Shown here piece by piece: positions 38,568 to 48,922 of a DNA stretch of 64,000 nt. Source of the DNA: Minisyncoccota bacterium (lineage in GTDB: Bacteria; Patescibacteriota; Minisyncoccia; SW-4-49-11); contig JAULZW010000007.1 in assembly GCA_032117235.1 (NCBI GenBank), positions 4,091 to 68,090 on the forward strand. The letters are read 5' to 3'. The first letter of the stretch is position 1. Each line of letters starts with the position of its first letter. The notes under the pieces are model-generated. The model was not told the DNA's origin. It saw only the letters and a program-made list of their open reading frames with translations, and made no database searches. A program made the translations under genes and the position numbers.

Positions 38568-40355
38568 TTAGACTTCTATTATCACTGGAATAATCATTGG
38601 TCTTCTATGTGTTGTTTTGAATAAGAATAAACCTAAATCCTCTCTAATAGATTGTTGTAGATATTCAATACTTTGATCCTCCCCACTTTGAGCAAATTTT
38701 TGTTCAATATTCTCTTTTACCTTTTCTTTAATAGAGTCTAAAAGTTTAGTTGAAGTCTGAATATGTACAAAACCTTTAGAGACAATTTCAGGCTCTCTAA
38801 TAATCTTAGCTTGCTGTAAATTTAATAATATAACAATAGTCAAAATTCCATCTTGAGCTAAAGACTGTCTATCTCTAATTACCATTTCTTTTAAGTCTCC
38901 TACCCCTAGTCCATCTACCATCATATTACTAGCATTTACTTTTTCAGTAGTAACTCTGGCCTCTCCTTTATAAATTTGAATAACTCTTCCATTATCTGTT
39001 AGTAGAATATTATCTTTTGGAACGCCTACTTCTTGTGCTAAGTCAGAATGAGATTTAAGAGCATAAAAATCACCATAAATTGGCTGTAAATATTTTGGTC
39101 GTATTATTTCTAATAATTGTTTTAAGTCTTCTTTATGAGCATGTCCTGACACATGTACCTCCATCATTTTATAGTGAATAATATTGGCTCTTTGTCTAGC
39201 TAAAGCATCTTTTATTTTTTGTACTGACTCTTCATTACCTGGAACTACGGATGAAGAGAAAACAACCGTGTCTCCTGGTTCAATTTGAAAATTACGATGT
39301 TCTTTATTAGCGATTCTAGTTAAAGCAGATCTTTCATCTCCTTGAGCTCCAGTACAAATGACAGTAATATTTTCTGGTGGCATTTTACTAGCTTCTTGAG
39401 CTGTAATTATAGTTTGTGGAGAGAATTTAGCATATCCGATTTCATGTAAAATCTGAATATTGGTTTTCATACTAAAGCCTTCAATTACTACTTTACGATT
39501 ATATTTTTCTGACAAATTAATCATTTGTTGAATTCTATTCAAGGTACTAGAGAAAGTAGTGACAATGATTTTACCAGTGGCATTTTCAAAAATATGATCG
39601 ATATTATTCTGAATAGTCATCTCAGACACTAATTTCCCTGGTCTAGAAGCACTAGTACTATCTGAGAGTAATAACAAAACTCCTTCATCTCCAATTTTTT
39701 TATACATATCTAAGTCGGCCGGCTCTTCTCCAACAGGAGTAGCATCAATTTTGAAATCTCCTGTGTGTAGAATTACACCTTCTGGAGTTTCAATTTTAAT
39801 CATTGTAGAGTCAGGGATACTATGATTAATGTGCAAAAATGTAACTGTAAATACTCCAAATCTCAACTTTTCATTTAATTTAGCTATATGCCCATTAAGT
39901 GGAGGTAAAGTGGTAAATTCTCCCTGCCTTCTCTGCATCATAGCTAAAGGTAAAGCTGGAGCGTAAATAGGTGGATTTCCTATCATAGACATCACTTGAG
40001 AGACTCCACCAATATGATCCATATGTCCATGAGTAATTAAAACAGCTCTAATATTTTCTTCCTTGCCTTTCAAATAGCTTGGATTAGGTATAATATAATC
40101 AATTCCTGGCTGATCTTCTTCAGGGAATTTCATACCGATATCTATAACGATAATATCTTTACCGTATTCTATCACAGTCATATTCCTTCCACCTATTTCC
40201 TCAGATCCACCTAAAGGAATAATTTTCAAGATATTATCTTTAGTTTCAAATGGGTCTTTAGCATTAAGATATTGATTAGCCTTGTGACTTAAATCTTTCA
40301 CAAAAGTTGTGCCTCTCTTAATTTTAGAGTTATTATTAGCTTGCATATTAAACAT
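38568..40355 (-). CDS. rnj: Ribonuclease J (beta-CASP metallo-beta-lactamase RNase), catalytically intact paralog.
   Basis: 595 aa. Intact motif 2 ITHGHMDHIGG. Beta-CASP and C-terminal domains present. Confidence 0.85.
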   Translation of the reverse strand: MFNMQANNNSKIKRGTTFVKDLSHKANQYLNAKDPFETKDNILKIIPLGGSEEIGGRNMTVIEYGKDIIVIDIGMKFPEEDQPGIDYIIPNPSYLKGKEENIRAVLITHGHMDHIGGVSQVMSMIGNPPIYAPALPLAMMQRRQGEFTTLPPLNGHIAKLNEKLRFGVFTVTFLHINHSIPDSTMIKIETPEGVILHTGDFKIDATPVGEEPADLDMYKKIGDEGVLLLLSDSTSASRPGKLVSEMTIQNNIDHIFENATGKIIVTTFSSTLNRIQQMINLSEKYNRKVVIEGFSMKTNIQILHEIGYAKFSPQTIITAQEASKMPPENITVICTGAQGDERSALTRIANKEHRNFQIEPGDTVVFSSSVVPGNEESVQKIKDALARQRANIIHYKMMEVHVSGHAHKEDLKQLLEIIRPKYLQPIYGDFYALKSHSDLAQEVGVPKDNILLTDNGRVIQIYKGEARVTTEKVNASNMMVDGLGVGDLKEMVIRDRQSLAQDGILTIVILLNLQQAKIIREPEIVSKGFVHIQTSTKLLDSIKEKVKENIEQKFAQSGEDQSIEYLQQSIREDLGLFLFKTTHRRPMIIPVIIEV

Positions 40356-42114
40356 TAATTATTATTGGTAAAATCATGGGTCTTCTTTCAGTTTTAGTTA
40401 ATAACAATCTACCGATATTTTCTCTAACCTCACCTTTAACATAGTCTAAATTCACTTCATCTGTCTCTTTAATTAGAGTATTTATAATCAACTTTGCCTG
40501 TTCTTTAATCTCATCAAATAATTTCAATGAGGATTCATTATCGACAAAACCTTTAGATTCTAAAACTATATCATTTATAATATTTCTAGATTGCAAATCT
40601 ATTAAAGCGATAATATGTAATATTCCTTCCTCTGCCATAGATTTTCTGTCATGTATAACTACATTAGTTAAATCTCCAACTCCAAGCCCATCTACAATTA
40701 TATCCGAAGCTGGTACTTTTTCTGGAGTAACCCTTCTTTGTTTATAATCAAAAAGAAGAACTTTACCATTCATACCTACTATCACATTACGATCTGGATA
40801 TCCCCCTTTAATTGCAATATCTCCATTAGACCTTAGTAAATGATGGGAACCTGTAACTGGGATATAATATTTTGGTCTTACAGCTTTCAACATAGCTAAA
40901 GTATCTTCATACCTAGCATAGGCTCCATATTTAGTATCTAATTCCTGATAATACTCTACAAAGGCTCCTAATTTAGCAAAATTATCATTAACTCTTGCTA
41001 CAGATCTAGCATTACCTGGTATTAAATCGGCCGGATAAACCACAATATCTCCTGTTTTAATACTAAAGGAATGATGCTCACCATTAGCTAATCTCATCAA
41101 ATGAGGGATGTCGTCTCCATGAGAACCCGCAATTAGTACTACTAGTTTTTCTCTTGAAATATCAGACAACCCACTAGGTCCGACAATAGTACCAGATTTA
41201 ATCTTAATAAAACCCTTTTTACGACAAGTATTAAATGTATTTAATAAACTTTTACCTTCAATAAACAAGTGTTTGCTATGATTTTCTACCGAATTTACAA
41301 TTTGTTGCATTCTACTAATCATAGAAGGAAAAGTTGAAATATAAATTGTTCCCGTGTTTCTGGCAATAATGGAGTCAATATGGTCAGCTATAGAGTCTTC
41401 AGTGGGAGCAAAGCCCTGTGATTCACTAGCCAGACTACCAGTCAATAAAGCAAATGCATCAGATCCTGCTAAATCCTTAATATAATCTAATAGTTCTGAT
41501 TTATCAACACTATTATTATCCAGCTTATAGCTAGAAAGATAAAAAACTTTCCCTTGCATAGTATAAACACATAGTCCAACGGATCCAATTACATTAAATG
41601 GGGTTGGGAATGCATTAACTTTGAATGAACCTACCCTAATGGAAGTATATGGCTTAATAATATGCTTTTTATATTTTATACCTTGAGAATAAAAATCATG
41701 TCTAGATTCTAGAATAGCAAACAAAGCCTCAGTTGCATAAATATGCAAATTAGGAAATAAATGTAAAAGATAAGGTACAGCTCCAATATGATCGGGATGT
41801 GGAGAAGTCAAAAACACTCCTCTAACCTTACTAATATTATTTTTTAAATATTGAGTGTTAGGAATAAGATAATCTATACCTGGTTGATTTACACCGGGAA
41901 TTTGCAAACCCATATCTATAATTAGAATATCATTTTCTTGTTCCAAAACATACATATTCTTACCAACTCCATCTAATCCACCTAGAGGAATAATTTTAAG
42001 AGATTGTCTAGATGTGTCGGGGATAATTCTTTTTTGGGAAAAATTTTTACCTTGATCACGGGAACGATTAGTACGCACGTTTGATCTAGTATGAAATCTT
42101 TTTGATTGTGTCAT
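40348..42114 (-). CDS. Ribonuclease J paralog with a degenerate metal-binding motif (RNase J2-like).
   Basis: 588 aa, colinear with the downstream RNase J. Motif 2 reads LTSPHPDHIGA (first His replaced by Ser, Gly by Pro). Basic N-terminal extension. Confidence 0.7.
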   Translation of the reverse strand: MTQSKRFHTRSNVRTNRSRDQGKNFSQKRIIPDTSRQSLKIIPLGGLDGVGKNMYVLEQENDILIIDMGLQIPGVNQPGIDYLIPNTQYLKNNISKVRGVFLTSPHPDHIGAVPYLLHLFPNLHIYATEALFAILESRHDFYSQGIKYKKHIIKPYTSIRVGSFKVNAFPTPFNVIGSVGLCVYTMQGKVFYLSSYKLDNNSVDKSELLDYIKDLAGSDAFALLTGSLASESQGFAPTEDSIADHIDSIIARNTGTIYISTFPSMISRMQQIVNSVENHSKHLFIEGKSLLNTFNTCRKKGFIKIKSGTIVGPSGLSDISREKLVVLIAGSHGDDIPHLMRLANGEHHSFSIKTGDIVVYPADLIPGNARSVARVNDNFAKLGAFVEYYQELDTKYGAYARYEDTLAMLKAVRPKYYIPVTGSHHLLRSNGDIAIKGGYPDRNVIVGMNGKVLLFDYKQRRVTPEKVPASDIIVDGLGVGDLTNVVIHDRKSMAEEGILHIIALIDLQSRNIINDIVLESKGFVDNESSLKLFDEIKEQAKLIINTLIKETDEVNLDYVKGEVRENIGRLLLTKTERRPMILPIIINV

Positions 42115-42293
42115 ATAATATATTAAATAAAATTGTTATTATTATTTTCTTTAAGAGCTGATTGTGATATCTCTGCCTATAATATAAAATTAAATGTGTA
42201 CTTCAACAGAAATCTGTTTTTTACTCTAAAAAAATGTAGACTCTAGAGAATCGAACTCTAATTTACTCCTGATTAGTAAAATCTGTCTAAAAA

Positions 42294-42575
42294 TTATTTT
42301 GATTCTTTAACTTTGGCTCTGGTAATGGATATTTTACTACCTTCAACAATATTGTTTTTAACTAAAAGATTATGTACAGTTTGTGAGGGTTGTGCTCCAA
42401 CAGAAATCCAATACTTAATTCTATCACTATTAAGTGTATTATCTTTATTAACAGGATTATACATTCCTAAAGATTCAATAAATTTACCTTTTACTGGACG
42501 AGTTTTTTCAGCTACTACAACTTTATAGACGGGGGAATTCTTTTTACCAACTCGTGACAATCTAATTCTTAACAT
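42294..42575 (-). CDS. rpsP: 30S ribosomal protein S16. The true start is probably the internal ATG at 42575 (MLRIRLSRVGKK); the track's N-terminal extension is unlikely.
   Basis: MLRIRLSRVGKKNSPVYKVVVAEKTRPVKGKFIESLGMYNP matches the S16 N-terminus. Confidence 0.8.
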   Translation of the reverse strand: MLRIRLSRVGKKNSPVYKVVVAEKTRPVKGKFIESLGMYNPVNKDNTLNSDRIKYWISVGAQPSQTVHNLLVKNNIVEGSKISITRAKVKESK

Positions 42576-42712
42576 AATTGAAAATAAAAAATTTATAAAT
42601 TTATTACTGTTAATAATATCATAATTTAATGATGCTGTCAATATTAAAAATATATCTATATTGTTATCCTAATCTAAATAATGTATAATAATATTATATT
42701 TAATTATGCATT

Positions 42713-43282
42713 ATGAACAACTTTTGGATTAATTTTAAAAACAACTATCCTCATAGTTTGATTTTACTATTCTTTTCTATTACTGGTTTCTGGGCTGCTT
42801 TTACTATCAGTTTTGAGAAATTTATGATTCTTAAAAACCCACTTTACACCCCAGGGTGTAGCATTAATGCTTGGATTGACTGTGGTAAAGTAATGAATAG
42901 TCAATATGCTACTATGTTTGGATTTCCTAATTCCTGGCTTGGTATGATTGGCTGGCCTATGGCTTGGCTTACGGTATTATATCTTTTGACTCACAAGCAA
43001 TTATCTAAACCTTTTATGATGATTGCAATGTCAATAACATTTCCTGCTGTCATTATATCTTATATCTGGACATATTTAGCTTTCTTTGAAATTGGGGCAG
43101 TTTGTCCTTGGTGTATTCTATCTTGTGTATCAGCCACTATTTCTTGTGCTACATTAGTTGACCTTAATCGCAGAAAGGGATTTATAAAATTTCCAATCAA
43201 ATCTTTTAATAATTGGACTATTACATTGGTATCCTGGTTTGGATTATGGGCAATACTATTATATGTAGCAATTTGGAGTTAA
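42713..43282 (+). CDS. Vitamin K epoxide reductase (VKOR)-family membrane protein (disulfide-bond formation).
   Basis: 189 aa, 4-5 TM. Loop Cys pair C-x7-C (PGCSINAWIDCG), then the SQYATMFGFPNSWLGMIGW segment and active-site CPWC. Confidence 0.5.
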   Translation: MNNFWINFKNNYPHSLILLFFSITGFWAAFTISFEKFMILKNPLYTPGCSINAWIDCGKVMNSQYATMFGFPNSWLGMIGWPMAWLTVLYLLTHKQLSKPFMMIAMSITFPAVIISYIWTYLAFFEIGAVCPWCILSCVSATISCATLVDLNRRKGFIKFPIKSFNNWTITLVSWFGLWAILLYVAIWS

Positions 43283-43401
43283 AGATTAAAAAAGATTAAC
43301 TTTATCAAATTATCTATCCCATAGAAAAGCAAAATTAATTTTATTGTTGCTTTGTATATAGCACTTTAGAGAAATTATGTACATATATTCTGAGTGATAT
43401 A

Positions 43402-44229
43402 CTAAGGAATGATATTTTTTTGTATTAAGAAGGTGTCCAATAAAGAATCACCATCTGATAGGTTGCTGATAATAAATTGAATAGTTCCAAAATAATACCT
43501 TGATTTACTCCAAAAATAAATACTATCCCCATTCACAACATCAAGGTTCACACCACCACTATAAACGTTATCCTCCGAACCGCTTATTAAGATAGAGCCG
43601 TTCTTGTAGATTCTCCAGTCGTTAGTGTCATCAAAATCATCTACCAGAACATTCAATGTAATTGTGGTATTTATTCCTAATATAGTTACAGTATTACTAG
43701 AGGCTCCCATACCATCGTCCGTAATATCAGGATCCCACCACATTGTATTGCTAGGTGTAAAATCTGGTGGTGATAAATTTATAGCTATGATCTGTCCTAA
43801 TTCTGAACTTGGAGCTGTAACACTGATTCTGTTATTGGCTGAGTTTCTATTAACTCTATAATTTATTACACCTGGATCAGCTGGTATTGCTGCTATATAG
43901 TTTGGGACTAAACCTCTAAGGTCGACCTTTCCATCACATAAGTTAGTTGGACTTAATGTGTCTGTTGTTGTCTGATTTCCTGTATTGCAAACTTCTTTGG
44001 GTGTATCTGTTATTCCTATTGGATAACTTCCTGTCTCTATTAAATATTGTTCTAGACCTTTGTATATACTATTTATCTCTGCTTTCCTCTCTGCATTCCT
44101 TACTTGACTTATTTGTCTTGTTGGGTTTATAGCAACGAGTACTATCGCTGATAATATCCCTATCGCTGCTATTACGAGTAATATCTCGAGTAATGTGAAT
44201 CCTTTTTGCACTCTTTTAGCTTTATGCAT
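43402..44229 (-). CDS. Orphan type IV pilin-like protein with a large C-terminal domain (275 aa).
   Basis: N-terminus MHKAKRVQKGFTLLEILLVIAAIGILSAIVLV is a canonical prepilin leader. Confidence 0.6.
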   Translation of the reverse strand: MHKAKRVQKGFTLLEILLVIAAIGILSAIVLVAINPTRQISQVRNAERKAEINSIYKGLEQYLIETGSYPIGITDTPKEVCNTGNQTTTDTLSPTNLCDGKVDLRGLVPNYIAAIPADPGVINYRVNRNSANNRISVTAPSSELGQIIAINLSPPDFTPSNTMWWDPDITDDGMGASSNTVTILGINTTITLNVLVDDFDDTNDWRIYKNGSILISGSEDNVYSGGVNLDVVNGDSIYFWSKSRYYFGTIQFIISNLSDGDSLLDTFLIQKNIIP

Positions 44230-44307
44230 ATATTTTTATTATCTTTTCTTTGTACTATAATATTAGTATTATCACCCCACCCCACGTTTTGTATAGGGCT
44301 GGACGAG

Positions 44308-46341
44308 TTATTTTGTTGATTTGGCCAGTCGTCTTAAGAGTGCATCTATTCTTGGTTCTTGACCTCGGAATCTTTTGTAAAGAATCATTGGATGTTCTGA
44401 GCCTCCTCGAGATAATATATGTTCTCGGAAACTAACTCCAATTTCAGAATCAAGAATTTTTCCTTGAGATAAGAAATACTCAAAAGCATCTGCATCTAAT
44501 AATTCAGAGTATTTATAACTATAATATCCAGCTGAATATCCTCCATCGAAAATATGACTAAAAGCTGAGCTAATTAAAACTCCTTCCTCTGTTGGGAATA
44601 GAGCCGTAGACTTATTAATATCCTCTTCTAGAGTATTGACATCCACAGAACTGAACTCTCTAGTATTATAATGCCAAGCTAAATCTAATCGTCCTAGTCG
44701 AACTTGTCTTACAGTAGCTGCTGCTTCGTGGAAAGATGATATCGCTTGAATAGTCTGTATATCCTGCTCTGAAAGGGACGCCCCTGTTTGCCAATGCTTG
44801 GCTATATTCTGTAATATATCTGGCTCATATACCCAATTCTCCATTAATTGAGATGGTAATTCTACAAAATCCCAATAAACATTAATTCCATTTAACGAAG
44901 CATATTTACCCTTACCTAAAAGACCATGCAAACCATGTCCAAATTCATGGAATAAAGTCAAAACTTCTTGTAAAGTTAATAAGGCCGGAGCCCCACCTTG
45001 TGGTCTAGAGAAATTTAATACTAGAGATATATGAGGAGTATAAGTTTTATTATCTTTAGTATGAGCTAATCTAAATTCTGTCATCCAAGCTCCAGATGAT
45101 TTACCAGGTCTTGGGTGATAATCAAGATAAAGTATACCAATATGCTCTCCATTCGCTTCTTGCACTTCATATACTTCTACTTCAGGATTATACACTGGGA
45201 TATCTGATCTTGATACAAATTGTAGTCCGTATAATTCTTTGGCTATATGAAATAATCCTTGTAAAACTTGGTTTAATGGGAAATATTCTCTAATTCGCTC
45301 CTCATCAAATTGATATCTCGTTTGTTTGATTTTATCGGCATAATAGGCATAATCATAGGCTCTTAGCTCATTTATTTCAGAACTTGCAAATTGAGATATA
45401 TCTTCAATTTCTGATTTCGCTCGATCAATAGACTTCTCTAATAATTGATTTAATAAATCCTCTACTTTGCTTGGATTTTGTAACATTCTTTTCTCAAGTA
45501 CATAATCAGCATGAGTCTCATATCCTAGTAATTGGCCACGATTTTGCCTTATAGTAGCGATTTGTTTTAAAATTAATCTATTATCATATTGATTGCCCTG
45601 AGCCCCTCTTGTATTGTAAGCTAGGAATAATTCTTTTCTTAATTCCCTATTATCTGCATATTGCATAAAAGGAATATAAGAAGGATAAGACAAATCAAAT
45701 ATCCATTCATTAGGATTATCTTTATTCTTGGCGCTTGCAATAATAGATGCTGGTAATCCTTTCAGATCAGCTTTATCGGTAATGATGAGTTTATAGTCAT
45801 TATTCTCGGCCAGTACATTTTGGCCAAATTTTTGAGATAAATTAGAGATTTGCAAATCAATTTCTCGTAATTTTTGCTTTTGCTCTTCTTCTAATAAAGC
45901 TCCGTTTCTCGTAAAAAAAGAATAAGTTTCCTCTAATAAAGTTTTTTGCTCCGGAGTGGGTAAATTTAAATTGTTCTTATTCTCATAGACCTGCCTCACT
46001 TTAGAGAATAATTTGGGATTAAGAGAAATATCATTCCAAAACACTGTAGTGATCTCTCCCAATTTCAGCACTACTTCTTGTAATTCTGGATTAGTATCAG
46101 CTAAATTCAAATTCTCAGCGATACGGTGAATATACTGTACCTCATAGGTGGAGTATTCTAAAGCTTCAATTGTATTGTTAAAATCTGGATCAGATACTCC
46201 TTCAATAGCTTTGACTTTATCCTTGGCAATTGCTATATGATGCTGAATTGCCTCAATATAATGAGATGGTTTAATCTCTACAAATGGAATAAAACCATCT
46301 GGAGTATTAAAGGATAAGCCTATCAGTGAATTGGAGCTCAT
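44308..46341 (-). CDS. M3 family metallopeptidase (Dcp / oligopeptidase A-like).
   Basis: 677 aa. HEFGHGLHGLL (HEXXH) plus the downstream Glu ligand region. Size typical of M3A. Confidence 0.8.
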   Translation of the reverse strand: MSSNSLIGLSFNTPDGFIPFVEIKPSHYIEAIQHHIAIAKDKVKAIEGVSDPDFNNTIEALEYSTYEVQYIHRIAENLNLADTNPELQEVVLKLGEITTVFWNDISLNPKLFSKVRQVYENKNNLNLPTPEQKTLLEETYSFFTRNGALLEEEQKQKLREIDLQISNLSQKFGQNVLAENNDYKLIITDKADLKGLPASIIASAKNKDNPNEWIFDLSYPSYIPFMQYADNRELRKELFLAYNTRGAQGNQYDNRLILKQIATIRQNRGQLLGYETHADYVLEKRMLQNPSKVEDLLNQLLEKSIDRAKSEIEDISQFASSEINELRAYDYAYYADKIKQTRYQFDEERIREYFPLNQVLQGLFHIAKELYGLQFVSRSDIPVYNPEVEVYEVQEANGEHIGILYLDYHPRPGKSSGAWMTEFRLAHTKDNKTYTPHISLVLNFSRPQGGAPALLTLQEVLTLFHEFGHGLHGLLGKGKYASLNGINVYWDFVELPSQLMENWVYEPDILQNIAKHWQTGASLSEQDIQTIQAISSFHEAAATVRQVRLGRLDLAWHYNTREFSSVDVNTLEEDINKSTALFPTEEGVLISSAFSHIFDGGYSAGYYSYKYSELLDADAFEYFLSQGKILDSEIGVSFREHILSRGGSEHPMILYKRFRGQEPRIDALLRRLAKSTK

Positions 46342-46358
46342 GCTCTTAAAGTTTTAGA

Positions 46359-46931
46359 TTATATTCTTTTCTCTACAATTTCCCAGTTAATGGAGGAGAG
46401 ATAAGTAGACACATAATCAGCTTTAGTAGCTGGAGTATAATCAACCATAAAGGCATGCTCCCATAAATCAATTACCAAAACAATAGGAAGGCCAGCCAAA
46501 TGCCCAAGTTCATGATCAGCCACCCAAGCATTGATTAGAGTATTGTTCTCAGAATCATAATAAGTAATTACCCAACCTATCCCTCTCATACTAGCCAATC
46601 TTTTTAAATCATCAATATAATTTTCAAAAGAACCATATTGAGTTTGGATTAGGAGTGTTAATTTAGAATTTACATCTAGATTTTTAGATCCTTCAACTAA
46701 TTGAGAGAAATAATACTCATGCAATCTCATTCCATCAAATTCAAAACCTAATCTTCGCTGTAGTTCTGAGACTATAACAGTATCATCTCCAGATTTAAAA
46801 GTATTTATTTTATCTAATAAAAGATTGGTGTTTTTAACATATCCAGCATATAGACCTAAATGTAGAGCGATTTGCGCTTCAGATAAAGCAGTATTCTTAG
46901 GGATATTGAATGATTTTTCTATATAATACAT
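46359..46931 (-). CDS. Fe/Mn-type superoxide dismutase-like protein.
   Basis: 190 aa. C-terminal DLWEHAFMVDY matches the D-x-W-E-H-A-Y-Y metal-ligand motif, and the central LHEYYF is conserved. N-terminal His pair only partly conserved. Confidence 0.5.
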   Translation of the reverse strand: MYYIEKSFNIPKNTALSEAQIALHLGLYAGYVKNTNLLLDKINTFKSGDDTVIVSELQRRLGFEFDGMRLHEYYFSQLVEGSKNLDVNSKLTLLIQTQYGSFENYIDDLKRLASMRGIGWVITYYDSENNTLINAWVADHELGHLAGLPIVLVIDLWEHAFMVDYTPATKADYVSTYLSSINWEIVEKRI

Positions 46932-46964
46932 ATTATTAAAAGTTAATTCTGTGTATTTATTATA

Positions 46965-47564
46965 CTATGTTTTATCCAAAATATCTAATAACTTTACCAT
47001 AACTTGCTTGGTTGCTCTAATATCACCAAGAGCTGTATGAGCCTCATAGTCTTTAATTTCTAAAACATCAGTTAATCCTCCTGGATTGGAAAGAGAAGTA
47101 GATTTAAATATAGGCTTTTGATCCTTACGAATTTTCAATAAATTAATTGTATTAGCTAAAACTTTAGTATCAATAACATTATGCCCTATTAATTCTTTCC
47201 AAAATAGCTTGTCTTTATCTACACTACCAAAAATATAATTAAGATAGGCAAAGTCCATAGTGATAAAATGAGCAAATAAAATAGGCTTGTCTTCAAAATG
47301 TTTTTGTACAAATTTAGTAATTTGTTGTACTAATTTAGAATAAGACACCCCTTCAGACTCGACCTTTTTTAAATCTAATTTGTTGATAGACATAGATTCT
47401 TTAGTAATCTCAGCTCCTATTGGTACTTTAACCAAGGTCTGATAATGTGCAATTTCTTGTAAATTTTCATCTAATACAATCATTGCTAATTCTATCAATG
47501 CATTTTTATGCGGATGCTGTCCAGTAAATTCCGTGTCTATTCCTAAATATATTCCTTTTTTCAC
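46965..47564 (-). CDS. DEDDh 3'-5' exonuclease (DnaQ/RNase T-like).
   Basis: 199 aa. Exo I GIDTEFTG, Exo II HFITMDFAYL, Exo III HTALGDIRAT. Confidence 0.65.
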   Translation of the reverse strand: MKKGIYLGIDTEFTGQHPHKNALIELAMIVLDENLQEIAHYQTLVKVPIGAEITKESMSINKLDLKKVESEGVSYSKLVQQITKFVQKHFEDKPILFAHFITMDFAYLNYIFGSVDKDKLFWKELIGHNVIDTKVLANTINLLKIRKDQKPIFKSTSLSNPGGLTDVLEIKDYEAHTALGDIRATKQVMVKLLDILDKT

Positions 47565-47603
47565 AATGTATTTATAAAGTTAATATAATAATTATATCAT
47601 ACT

Positions 47604-47636
47604 AAAAACAAAAACCCCCAATTTAATGAGGGTCTT
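47604..47636 (-). terminator. Candidate terminator after rplL (short ACCC/GGGT-type stem followed by UUUUUGUUUUU).
   Basis: Read directly. The stem is weak but the U-tract is long. This is the expected position of the rplL terminator. Confidence 0.35.
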
Positions 47637-47665
47637 TGTAAACTAGATAAAACTATTTGATTAGT

Positions 47666-48064
47666 TTATTTTACAACAACAGTTGCTCCAGCTTCTTGTA
47701 ACTTAGTCTTCAGTTCGTCTGCGTCTGCTTTTGAAACTCCTTCCTTAACAGCCTTAGGAGCTGCATCTACGATATCTTTAGCTTCTTTTAACCCAAGTCC
47801 AGTAGCTTCTTTAACTACTTTGATAACTTGAATTTTAGAACTTCCAGCATCCTCAATGATAACATCAAAGGTTGATTTCTCTTCAGCAACTGGAGCATCT
47901 CCAGCAACTGGAGCTGCAAAACCTACTGCAACTGGAGCTGCAGCTGATACTCCTAAAACTTCTTCTAGAACTTTTACAAGTTCAGATAGTTCAATAACAC
48001 TAAGATTCTTGATTTCATCAACAATCTTTTCAAATTTTTCTGGTACTATAAATCCTTCTGACAT
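47666..48064 (-). CDS. rplL: 50S ribosomal protein L7/L12.
   Basis: 132 aa. N-terminal dimerisation helix, Ala/Pro hinge, C-terminal [16 protein letters not shown]. Confidence 0.9.
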   Translation of the reverse strand: MSEGFIVPEKFEKIVDEIKNLSVIELSELVKVLEEVLGVSAAAPVAVGFAAPVAGDAPVAEEKSTFDVIIEDAGSSKIQVIKVVKEATGLGLKEAKDIVDAAPKAVKEGVSKADADELKTKLQEAGATVVVK

Positions 48065-48083
48065 ATGATTATAATTAAATTAA

Positions 48084-48608
48084 TTATTTAGTGTCTCTAT
48101 AAGCTGATAAAACAGTTACGAGACCACGAGATACTCCTGAAGTTACTTGCAAGAATTGAGTCATTGGAGCTGCAATAGTTCCTACTACTTGAGCCTGCAA
48201 TTGTTCCTTAGAAGGTAATTTGGCAAGAGTTGTTACCTGTTCAGGTATAAGATATTTTCCATCTAATAATCCCCCTACTAAAGTAAAGGTGTTTTTAGGT
48301 GCTGATTTAGAAAAGTCATTAATTACCTTAGCTCCAAAAACTGGATCATTAGCAAAAACAACTCCAAGATTTCCTGGTAATTGTTCAGATAAAGAAAGAT
48401 TAACTCCTGTATTTTGTAAAGCTTTATTGAATAAAGTTTTCTTTACAACTTTATAAGTTGCTCCTTCTTCTCTTAATTTAGTTCTAAGGCCCTGCAATGC
48501 CGAAACACTAGATCCTTGAAAATCAGTAAAGACCATACCATGTGCCGAAGCAATAGTATCTTGCAACTCTTGCAACATTTCTTTTTTGCGTGATTTTGTT
48601 AACGCCAT
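48084..48608 (-). CDS. rplJ: 50S ribosomal protein L10. The true start is probably the ATG at 48608 (MALTKSRKKE).
   Basis: MALTKSRKKEMLQELQDTIASAHGMVFTDFQG matches the L10 N-terminus. The track's 20-aa extension is unlikely. Confidence 0.85.
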   Translation of the reverse strand: MALTKSRKKEMLQELQDTIASAHGMVFTDFQGSSVSALQGLRTKLREEGATYKVVKKTLFNKALQNTGVNLSLSEQLPGNLGVVFANDPVFGAKVINDFSKSAPKNTFTLVGGLLDGKYLIPEQVTTLAKLPSKEQLQAQVVGTIAAPMTQFLQVTSGVSRGLVTVLSAYRDTK

Positions 48609-48878
48609 AATATTATTAGCTATATAATTTAACAAAAAAGCCCGACCTTTAGCCGAGACATTATACAAATTTAGTGAAATTTATCACCGATTTGCCTACA
48701 TAAGACTTCTGTGTATACACTGCTTATGGTCTCTGGCTTATAGCTTTGTAATTAATTATACAATAAAGTATAAATATAGTCAATATGTTATATAGAAAGA
48801 AGCCATATTGGTAAATAACAGAGGTGAGCAATTTAGAAAAAAGTAAAAATAAATTAATAAGACATATCTACTTAAACT

Positions 48879-48911
48879 AAAAAAGCACCTTTTTTATATA
48901 GATGCTTTTTT
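48879..48911 (-). terminator. AT-rich hairpin terminator after the Hsp20 gene (AAAAAAGCATC-N12-GGTGCTTTTTT, one mismatch).
   Basis: Read directly. Confidence 0.35.
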
Positions 48912-48922
48912 AAAAAGTTTTA

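Noticed and set aside
42235-42275. T-arm-like motif (TAGAG-TTCGATT-CTCTA on the minus strand) suggesting a tRNA between rpsP and RNase J.
   Set aside because: No D-arm or anticodon arm can be folded, and the candidate acceptor stem has 2 mismatches in 7. The element would be only about 56 nt. Most likely a chance match in AT-rich DNA, or at best a tRNA fragment.
42576-42641. N-terminal extensions of rpsP (22 aa) and rplJ (20 aa, 48609..48668) in the ORF track.
   Set aside because: The conserved S16 and L10 N-termini begin at internal Met residues. The extensions are hydrophobic and unconserved.
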